Origin: Dendrobates tinctorius
Taxonomy: Eukaryota
Direction: 5' to 3'
DNA: 64,000 nucleotides
NCBI RefSeq assembly: GCF_039654945.1
Contig: NW_027361697.1
Span: forward strand, 10,912,001 to 10,976,000
How positions within the stretch are numbered: the stretch's first letter is position 1; every line of letters begins with the position of its first letter. The notes beneath the pieces are model-generated. The model saw nothing but the letters and a program-made list of their open reading frames with translations. It was not told the DNA's origin and did not search any database. Below are positions 54,601 through 64,000 of this stretch, one piece after another. The position numbers and the translations under genes were made by a program.

Positions 54601-57600
54601 GCTTGATGGTGAGAGCCTCATCAGCTAGAGCTGCAGCTTCCTCCACAGTGGCTGGTCTCCTTTCACGCACCCATTCCCGGATCTCAGGGGGCACTTGAAG
54701 TAAAACTGCTCTTTAAGGATGAATTGGAGGAAGGTCTCCCAAGTTAAGGCCTCCTCTCCCTCCAAATCTGGGGAGTTCCCTCATGGTGGGTGCTGAGGTT
54801 ACAGTCTGTCTGGAGCTTCTAGCTGCTTCCACAGCGAGCTGCCTCTCCAGCAATGCCCTCTCTTGAGCTCTATGAATGGCCTCCCTCTTATCTTCTATGG
54901 TAGCCTCTTCTCCCAGCAATGCCAACTCCTCCTCGTACCACACAACCCACTGACTTATTTGGGTATTTACCTCCGGCTGCAGTCTTTCCTCCGTTTGCTG
55001 TGGGGATCCTTCCTCAGCGTCATCTTGCAGGCGAACTCCTTCCAAAGCCTCAATCAGCTGCTCCTTGGAGAGTCCCTTGTAGCTGACTCCCAGTTCACGG
55101 GCCTTTGTTTGTAGGTTCACCGCAGTCCAGTTCTTGTACTCTGCGGTGCTGGTTCCAGATCTTGATGGGCCGTTGTCCTCCATTCCTTCTGCTCTGATCC
55201 AACTGCTGCCACCAGTTTGTGACAGGGTATACGACAGAGCAAGAAGGGACAACAGGCAGAGGGACGATCCAATGAGATTTATTAAGGCAGGGAGCATGCA
55301 ACATCAAATATCCATAATGTCCTTGGAGTCCATGAGAAGTCCACAATAAGTCCACACAATGGAAACAAATCCGGGCACCTCACGATAGTCCTTGTGCCAG
55401 ATACGATAACAATAATCCTTGCAATAGTCCACAGGATTCCACACCATCCCATGGACGTCACGCGCTGGCCTCAACTCAGTTCGTGACTCCTTCCACGTCC
55501 GCACTCAAAATCACAACACATCTTAAAACAAGAAGTATTGTCAGGGCTCCTGGGATCAGCCCATCTGAAGGGGGTAGGGGTCACACCTACTATACAATGG
55601 TTTGGTCCATCAGAAGATTCTAGAAATGTAAGGGCTCCACTTAGTCTACAGAATGTGTATTGTAGGTTATCTTCTGCTTAGGAAAACAATAGCCAAAGAC
55701 ATTGCAGAGTATTGGGGGAAGGAGACATGATTAATTTACAGCAAATACAACCAGAGAAAAGTTAAATGACATATTATACAAAATACAGGACAGGGCAAAA
55801 CTACAAATGACATGGTACCCCACCATCCAGGTAAGGTGGAGACTCCTGACCACGCTCCAACACCTGCACCCCACACCACAAAGTAGTGTAGCAAAGCACC
55901 TTCGGCTGCTCCCTGCTTGGAGTGTAGCATAGCACCCCTTGGTGGCTCCCTGCTTGGAACACGAAATGTGCTGGGAGGTGGGTGGAGTTTAGTTCACCTA
56001 AAAGAGCGGGAAGAGTTGAGTTCAGGCAGTCAGTCATTCACTCAGTCAGAGAGTGAGGATGTAGACGGACGGAGTGTGAGACAGAGAAGATCCCCGGGAG
56101 AGGGATGGAAGAAGGAAGTGCTGCAGCAGGCCATAGTGATCTGGGTCTGATTGGCACAGGAAAGAGACAGAGAAAGGAAGCTTGATTCTCCATTGGAAAG
56201 AAGGATTAGCACGGAACGTGAGGAGAATAAGAGAACAAGGACCAGGGTTAGAGGAGAACCCTTTTCAAGTTCTAAGTGCAATGCCGGGGTCCGGTCCCCG
56301 AGGTTGTATAGATACTAATAGTCCTGCAGCAGACACCGGAGGAATAGAAGTAGTGACTAGAGTTGAGCGACTTTTGTTTTTTTTGGGTCGAGTTTCGTTT
56401 CGTGAAACCCGACTTTTCCAAAAGTCGGGTCGAGTGAGATCGTCCGACTAACGGAAAAAGTCGGGTTTCGTTCAGACCGAAACACGAAACCCAATGTAAG
56501 TCAATGGGGAAGAAAAGTCGGGAGTGAAAAGAGGACAGAAAACACACTTACAATGCCCATTTGAATGCCAAAACCATAAAATCTTATTCCTGAAGCTTGT
56601 CACCCTTTATTTACTTCATAATACAAGCTACGCATTGAAAAATGGGGGTTATTTGGCTAAATTTGCGTGGGGGAGGGCTGGATCCAGGTTTTCATGTGCC
56701 CTGGGCCAAAGAGCGCCCCTTTAACACATACCACAACTCATGATGCTCTGATACGGCAGAGAAATAGCGGTCTAGTACAATGAAAAATACTTCACTTTTT
56801 ACATCTCATGACTGATATCCATTTAAAATTCTCCAATAGCTCCAAAAACGGACAGTATATTACTCCATACAGTATTATGGCCACCGCATATACAGAGTAA
56901 TGAGGCCCATCTATTTCTCCCTACAGAATCATTGATCCCATATAATGTTTGAAACTGTATATGATGAGCTCCACATAATGCTACAGTATATGTTGGTCCA
57001 CATGGATGAAGCTCCACTGTCTTATGGGCCCAAATAATGCTCCATACATAAAGGACCCTATTTCTAATGCTCTAGTGTATAATGGGCCCTGTACATGCTG
57101 CTCCAGTGTCTGATGTCCACCTTTGGAATGTTCCAGTGTATGGTGGGCCCCATTTATCATTCTCCAGAGTATAGTGCTCCCCAAAAATAGCAGGCCCAAC
57201 ATTGAAAACAATGAAATAATTATCCTCGCTATGGAATCCCTGTACTAGTCAGGCCTCCTTGTCGTCCCCATCTTCCATCCCACTGCACTTGGCTGTTTAG
57301 GCAGAGGGCGTACAGACGTGATGTCATTGCGCTCTCTGATCAGAATATCAGTGTCAGGAAACGCGGAAGACGTCATGGCGGTGGAGCAGGGAGAGGTAAG
57401 TATTTCAACCTTGCAAGTGCTGTGATCCTGAGCAAGCAGGGGGGGCCCACTCGTTGGCGACGGCACTGGCACAGGGCCCCTCATAGTACGGCGGTGTGTC
57501 TGACGGCAGGTGGGCCGAACCTGTACTTTCATCTGCAGCTTCCTCTTTGTCACCGTGTAAGGTGGAACATTATATGAGAAGGGTAACCTGAGTTTCATCA

Positions 57601-57799
57601 GGGTCAGATTCAGGCTGTGTAGAGTGCGAGAGGAATGTAGTGGTCTGGGTCAATGTACCAGCAGAATCATTGAGCAGTGGCTGGGCATCAGTGCACTTGT
57701 GGCGCCCACAGGAGTATGGTCGCCACACTGGCATTACCTTCCTCCTAGGGAGTGTGATGTCATGCTTGGGAGCAACGAATGAAGGATCTCTCTAGCAGG

Positions 57800-58282
57800 T
57801 TAACTGATTGGGCGGCATGATTCCCACGACTCACGACCCTCCAAACAGCATCCATGAAGGCAAAATTGTAGTTTGACGTGGGCAGTATGGTTGCAAAGCT
57901 GAACCTTAAAGGAATGTCCAGAAGGGCATCACCAGGAGTGGAGCCTGCGGCGTAATTGGACTCAACACGGGCAACCTCAACCATCCAGCAACCGAAAAGA
58001 TGCACGCATTGCAAGCTTAATTCCGTTAACGAACGAGACTCCGTCCTGCCCACGCGGTCCGCGTCCAGCTTACTAGAGGGACACGCGAGGCTCTGGCACG
58101 CGAGATTGGGCAATAACTGGTGTGTCAAGGCCTTACATGTCCGTGGCTGCATGCGCGCTACACCGAAAGGGCCAGCGGGTGTCGCTTACAGGTGCAGATA
58201 AGCCGCTGAACACCGTTAGTGATGGGGATCTGGGATTACAATTATTACCCGCGAACGATGATTTCCCAGTAAGTGCAGGTCA
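57800..58282 (+). pseudogene. Diverged 18S rRNA-derived fragment (3' half, internally deleted)
   Basis: gtatggttgcaaagctgaaccttaaaggaat..gaagggcatcaccaggagtggagcctgcggcgtaattggactcaacacggg; ttaattccgttaacgaacgagac; gcaataac..gccttacatgtccgtggctgcatgcgcgctacac; gatggggatc..ttcccagtaagtgc follow conserved 18S blocks in order. Confidence 0.85.
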
Positions 58283-58957
58283 ACCGCTGTTCCGGAATTA
58301 GGCCTAACCGTCATTCCTGAAAAAGGGAAAAACTTATGTGTGCAAACCACAGGTGCTGTAGCTTGCATAACAGCTCGCCAGCCGTTCTCAGGCACATTAT
58401 GGATTACACGTGATTGCACAAAGGTGAGAAAGGGTACCGTATCACCGGATAACATGTATGGATAGCATAGTTTACACATTAAAAATATATGTCTATACAT
58501 CAGGAGGCAGGCTCAGACGGTGTCAGGCCCAGTATGGATTTGACAGCCCAGACTACACAGCGGAGGAGCAGGGAGAGGTAAAGATTGCAAATGCTGGGGC
58601 CCTGGCCAAGCACGGCTGGCCCACTCGTGGGCGTCGGTACTGGCACTGGGCCCCTCATAGTACGGCGGTGTGTCTGACGGTGGGTGTGCACCACCACCGT
58701 CAGAGACACTTGATTGCACTATGAGGGACCCTGTGCCAGTGCCCGCGCCCAAGAGTCGGCCTACCCACCTGTCAAGGGCAACGGCACTCGCATGGTTGCG
58801 TGCGCTAGCTGGTGAACCCGACCATGGGGGGGGGCAGCCCAGTTAGGGAGGTTTATACAATGGCATATGTTGATGTTGGACATTCAGCTGATGCAAAAGG
58901 CGAAATTGGTCAAGTCCCAGGAAGCGGAGGACCAAAGCAAGCCATGTTTCTGTCAAC

Positions 58958-61900
58958 CTATGTGTCATCAGGGGAAGGTGGGACAAAATCCTTGGAAACC
59001 CATGCATGGTTCATTTTAATGAAGGTTAGATCATCCACATTTTGGGTCGACAGACGGGTCCTTTTTTCTGTCAGTATTGAACCAGCAGCACTGAAGACTC
59101 TTTCCGATAGCACACTTGCAGCTGGGCACGCGAGCTCCTGTAAGGCATATTGGGCCAATTAAGGCCAGGTGTCCAGTTTTGCGGCCCAATAGTCAAAGGG
59201 GAATGACCTGTGTGGGAGAACATCGATATGGGAGGAAAAGTAGTTTGTAACCATAGTTGACAACTGCTGTCTCCTGTCACTTTCCATCGATGCAGTATTA
59301 CCAGTTGTGTGAGCGGTACTTGAAAAATCAGTCCACAACATTGTCATGAAACCCCTGTCTCCAACGCCACTTCTGCTGTGTGCACCACGAACACCTCTGC
59401 CAAGCTGCCCCCGGCCCGTACGGCTCGTGTGAGAACCATCACCGCTGCTGTGTGCTGGGAATGCCTCAAGCAACCGATTTACCAGAGTTGCTTGTTTATT
59501 CGCCAATATTAGGTCAAGGTTCTCCTGTGGCATGATGTTTTGTAATTTGCCTTTATAGCGTGGATCCAGGATGCTGGCCAACCAGTAGTCGTCATCGTTC
59601 ATCATTTTGGCAATGCGGGGGTCCCTTTTTAGGATCTGCAAGGCATAATCTGACATGTGGGCCAATGTTCCCGGTGTCAATGATGCACTGCGAGTGCTGG
59701 TTGGAGGAGCACTTTCTGGCAAATCCACATCCCTCCAGTCACGCACAAACCCTGTACCAGACCTTGCCATGCCAACATTTTCACTTGCCCCACGAGATGC
59801 ATCCTCCTCCCCAAAGTAATCATCCCCATAATCATCCTCCTCCTCCTCTTCTTCCTCCACCTCGTCCAGGAGAGGTCCCTGAGCAGACAATGGCTGAATG
59901 TCATCAAGGATTCCCTCCTCGTCAACATTGGCTGCAGACGTCTGCTCTTTAATGTGCGTCAAAGTTTGCATGAGCAGACGCATAAGTGGGATGCTCATGC
60001 TTATGATGGCGTCGTCTGCGCTTACCAGCCGTGTGCATTCCTCAAAACACTGAAGGACTTTACAGAGGTCTTTCAGCTTCGACCACTGCACACCTGTCAA
60101 CTCCATGTCTGCTCTCAAAGTGCCTGGCCGTGTATCCTCCCACAAATGCATTATGGCCTGCCTCTGCTCGCACAGCCGCTCAACCATGTGCAGGGTGGAG
60201 TTCCACCTTGTTGCAATGTCGATAATGAGGCGGTGGTTGGGAAGGTGGAGCAATCGCTGCAGCTTCTGCATACGAGTGGAGTGTACAGGCGACCGGCGGA
60301 TGTGCGCGCACAGTCTTCGCACCTTCTGGAGCAGGGCTGTTAACTCCGGATAATTTTTGAGGAAGCACTGCACCACCAGGTTCAAGGTGTGAGCCAAGCA
60401 AGGTATGTGGCTGAGTTTTGAAAGGGCTATGGCTGCCACAAAATTACGGCCGTTATCACTAACTACCTTGCCTGCCTGAAGATGTACACTGCCCAGCCAT
60501 GACTCAGTTTGTCGCTGAAAGTACTCGGCCAGCACCTCGGCGGTGTGTCTGTCGCCCAAACACATCATCTGCAACACAGCCTGCTGACGCTTTCCACTAG
60601 CTGCTCGATAGGGGGACACCTCGTGTGCAACAGTGGCAGCAGAAGATGGAGTGCTCGTACGACTGCGCTCTGTGGACGAGCTTTCGCTTCTGGAGGAGGA
60701 GGAGGAGGAGGGTGGAACGCCTACAGCCAACTGTTTCCTATACCGTGGGCTAGGCAGCACTGTCCCACCACCGCTGTCCCCTGTGGACCCTGCATCCACC
60801 ACATTAACCCAGTGCGCAGTGATGGACACGTTACGGCCCTGGCCATGCCGACTGGACCATGCATCAGTTGTGAGGTGCACCTTTCCACTCACTGACTGCT
60901 TGAGTGCATGGACAATGCGGTCTTTCACATGATGGTGGAGGGCTGGGATGGCTTTGCGAGAGAAGAAGTGGCGACTGGGTAGGTCATAGCGTGGTACTGC
61001 ATAGGCCATGAGTTCGCGGAAAGCTGCGCTTTCCACCAACCGATAGGGCATCATCTCAAACGAGATTAGTTTGGCAATGTGGGCGTTCAAACCCAGTGTA
61101 CGCGGATGAGAGACTGAGTACTTTCTTGACCTACTCATAGTGTCTGGGAGGGTGAGCTGGACTTGAGAGCTGCATATGGTGGAAGTAGCGGTGGACAGGG
61201 CGGACTGAGAGAGGGTTGATGATGTTGATGGAGTTGGTGTTCTTTCTGATGGACTAGATTCAGTATTTCGTTGATATAACAGTGGGATTCCCTGACTGCT
61301 GTGGCCTTGCAACGACACCTCAACATTTGCTGCGGTGCTGTCCGGTTGGCTTACAGTGGGGGAAACAATGTAGCATTGCTGACTACCTTCTTTGTGATCA
61401 GTTGCACATGTGGTACTTGAGGTTTGGTGTTGTGTCCACGCTTACAAGTGCATGCTGGTTAAATGTCTAAGCATGCAACTGGTATTCAAATTTTTCAGAT
61501 TTTTCCCTCGGCTAAAGGTCTTTGCACACTTCTTACAGATAACCTTGGCCTGATCATGAGGATTTTGTTCAAAAAAGTGCCACACTGCACTCTTCCTACT
61601 GTGGAAGACATTTTGCGGCCTAGCACGCTGTGATATTTTGACCCTCTGGACAAGCTGTCCAGCAACTCTTTTGATTTTTGGAACCTGTCTTTGGAGTGCT
61701 CCGTGCCTGCCAGATAACAGCTGTTGCAATGTTGATGTCTGCTGTGGATGCTCCTCATCTGAGCTATTGGAAGCAGCACCCTCTTCCCCCAATGGATGCC
61801 AATCTGGGTCAACAACTGGGTCCTCCATCACCTCCTCTTCAATGTCATGTGCACCTTCCTCTGTGTCACCGTGTATGGTGGTATAGTGTGCGGGAAGGGG

Positions 61901-62485
61901 CACCTGAGTCTCATCAGGGTCAGAATCTGGCTCTTTACACTGCGAGGACAATGTAGTGCTCTGAGTGAATGTACCAGCAGAATCATCTATCAGTGGCTGT
62001 GCATCAGTGCACTCCATGTCAGATTCATCTTGGCCTGGGTAATTCACCATTTCACTTGATAATCCAGGCATGGTATGTGAAAACAGCTCCATGGAGTAAT
62101 CAGTAGTACGGCCTGCTTCATCCTTCAATCTTGGTTGGGGTGAAGGACACAAGGAAAGGTGTGGTTCATGAACATGAGCCTCCAATGACGACTCAGTGCT
62201 TTTACTTTTTACAACTTCAGAAGAGGAGGCGATAGAGCTGGAGGCTGAGTCAGCAATGTAAGACAAAACTTTTTCCTGCAGCTCTGGCTTTAAAAGCGGT
62301 TTGCCAACTCCTAGAAAACTAAGCCTTCGAGGCCTTGTGGAGCCAGACGATGACGCAGGCTCAACACCTCCTGCATTTGGTCCTATTTTGCTTTTGCCAC
62401 TACCATCAGATCCACCACCAACACCATCATTACCAGCTGCCAACCCCCGCCCAATTCCACGGCCTCTTCCACCAGCCTTCCTCAT
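58958..62485 (-). pseudogene. hAT/ZBED-like transposase (~1175 codons) with two in-frame TAA stops (61444-61442, 59161-59159)
   Basis: BED finger WHFF..CKKC..LRHLTSMH; TTDAWS, SDN, CLAHTLNL, TRWNST, SERVFS; the three ORF-track pieces are in one frame. Confidence 0.9.
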
Positions 62486-62546
62486 TTTTGGTAGAAATGT
62501 AGACAAAATCAAACAAACTATATAGTAATGTAAAACAAGGTACAAG

Positions 62547-64000
62547 GTGTCTATAGGACAGGGGAGATTTTGAATTTCTGCACACACTTGTGGACACTGG
62601 ACACTTATGGATTGTGAGAGGCCCACTGAATATCACAGCGCTATGTCACAGGCTCGATGGCACAGGTGTGAAAAAAGTGACTACAAGATCACGGAGATTT
62701 TGAATTTCTGCACACACTTGTGGACACTGGACACTTATGGATTGTGAGAGGCCCACTGAATATCACAGCGCTATGTCACAGGCTCGATGGCACAGGTGTG
62801 AAAAAAGTGACTACAGGATCACGGAGATTTTGAATTTCTGAACACACTTGTGGACACTGGACACCTATGGATTGTGTGAGGCCCACTGAATATCACAGCG
62901 CTATGTCACAGGCTCGATGGCACAGGTGTGAAAAAAGTGACTACGGGATCACGGAGATTTTGAATTTCTGAACACACTTGTGGACACTGGACACTTATGG
63001 ATTGTGTGAGGCCCACTGAGTATCATAGCGCTATGTCACAGGCTCGATGGCACAGGTGTGAAAAAAGTGTCTATAGGACAGGGGAGATTTTGAATTTCTG
63101 CACACACTTGTGGACACTAGACACTTATGGATTGTGAGAGGCCCACTGAATATCACAGCGCTATGTCACAGGCTCGATGGCACAGGTGTGAAAAAAGTGA
63201 CTACAGGATCACGGAGATTTTGAATTTCTGAACACACTTGTGGACACTGGACACCTATGGATTGTGTGAGGCCCACTGAATATCACAGCGCTATGTCACA
63301 GGCTCGATGGCACAGGTGTGAAAAAAGTGACTACAGGATCACGGAGATTTTGAATTTCTGAACACACTTGTGGACACTGGACACTTATGGATTGTGTGAG
63401 GCCCACTAAATATCACAGCGCTATGTCACAGGCTCGATGGCACAGGTGTGAAAAAAGTGTCTATATGACAGGGGAGATTTTGAATTTCTGCACACACTTG
63501 TGGACACTGGACACTTCTGGATTGTGAGAGGCCCACTGAATATCACAGCGCTATGTCACAGGCTCGATGGCACAGGTGTGAAAAAAGTGACTACAGGATC
63601 ACGGAGATTTTGAATTTCTGAACACACTTGTGGACACTGGACACTTATGGATTGTGTGAGGCCCACTGAATATCACAGCGCTATGTCACAGGTTCGATGG
63701 CACAGGTGTGAAAAAAGAGACTACAGGATCACGGAGATTTTGAATTTCTGAACACACTTGTGGACACTGGACACTTATGGATTGTGTGAGGCCCACTAAA
63801 TATCACAGCGCTATGTCACAGGCTCGATGGCACAGGTGTGAAAAAAGTGTCTATAGGACAGGGGAGATTTTGAATTTCTGCACACACTTGTGGACACTGG
63901 ACACTTATGGATTGTGAGAGGCCCACTGAATATCACAGCGCTATGTCACAGGCTCGATGGCACAGGTGTGAAAAAAGTGACTACAGGATCACGGAAATTT
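62547..64000. repeat. 130-bp tandem satellite, at least 11 units
   Basis: tgaatttctg recurs at 62571, 62701, 62831 and so on, exactly every 130 bp. Confidence 0.95.

Larger units (their letters stand above)
47324..55183 (-). pseudogene. Disrupted gag-pol: gag/zinc knuckle, protease, integrase, RT, RNase H
   Basis: CYRCGQPGH, RDTGA, H-x6-H...CRTC, VDIIGP, PYHPQTNGLCERFN, LDLSKGYWQ, YLDD, QTDAS, EKECLA; stops or frameshifts at ~54713, 52634, 52093 and in RNase H; two MITE insertions. Confidence 0.9.
46588..55812 (-). mobile_element. Gmr1-like Gypsy LTR retrotransposon, two LTRs, 5-bp TSD TGGTA
   Basis: LTRs 55812-55218 and 47241-46588 (TG..CA); TGGTA at 46583-46587 and 55813-55817; PBS TGGTGGCAGCAGTTGGAT (tRNA-Leu-like) after the 5' LTR; PPT gggaggggaagggat before the 3' LTR. 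Confidence 0.93.
46089..56357 (+). mobile_element. Older LTR-like sequence (tgtggcgcccc family) hosting the Gmr1 insertion; pieces 46089-46526, 46527-46587, 55813-56357
   Basis: tgtggcgcccctgagggttcagtcgccacagaggtactgcacc repeated at 46089 and 46527; 46390-46520 resembles 56160-56290. Confidence 0.6.
56358..64000 (-). mobile_element. Large hAT DNA transposon; other end lies beyond the window
   Basis: Terminus tagagttgagcga with subterminal aaaagtcggg/gaaaccc repeats; encodes a transposase. Confidence 0.8.

Noticed and set aside
57800-58282. Functional rDNA unit
   Set aside because: Partial, internally deleted, mutated at invariant positions, with no ITS, 5.8S or 28S nearby.
62547-64000. CRISPR-like regular spacing
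   Set aside because: Whole units repeat with no unique spacers and no cas genes; eukaryotic satellite.

Overview
Vertebrate, most likely frog (anuran), genomic DNA that is mostly transposon-derived. The main result is absent from the ORF track: an apparently intact minus-strand gene (ATG 36019, stop 13060, about 24.5 kb) built from 15 very short coding exons (12-69 nt of coding sequence, all GT-AG, phase 0 after exon 2) plus a 3'UTR exon. It encodes a 235-aa secreted helical protein with 8 Cys whose pattern resembles the foam-nest surfactant Lv-ranaspumin (Lv-RSN-1; compared from memory, needs a search). It has a TATA box and Inr, a 12-nt micro-exon and an internal duplication visible in its exon structure. 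Around it are: a Harbinger-type element with a spliced MADF gene facing a transposase that lacks its catalytic domain; several Tc1 copies; a decayed Penelope element; a Gmr1-type Gypsy LTR element (46588-55812, TGGTA TSD, PR-INT-RT-RH order) split by two MITEs, one carrying a telomere-like array; and a large hAT element with two nonsense codons in its transposase, a diverged 18S rRNA fragment downstream of it and a 130-bp satellite upstream.
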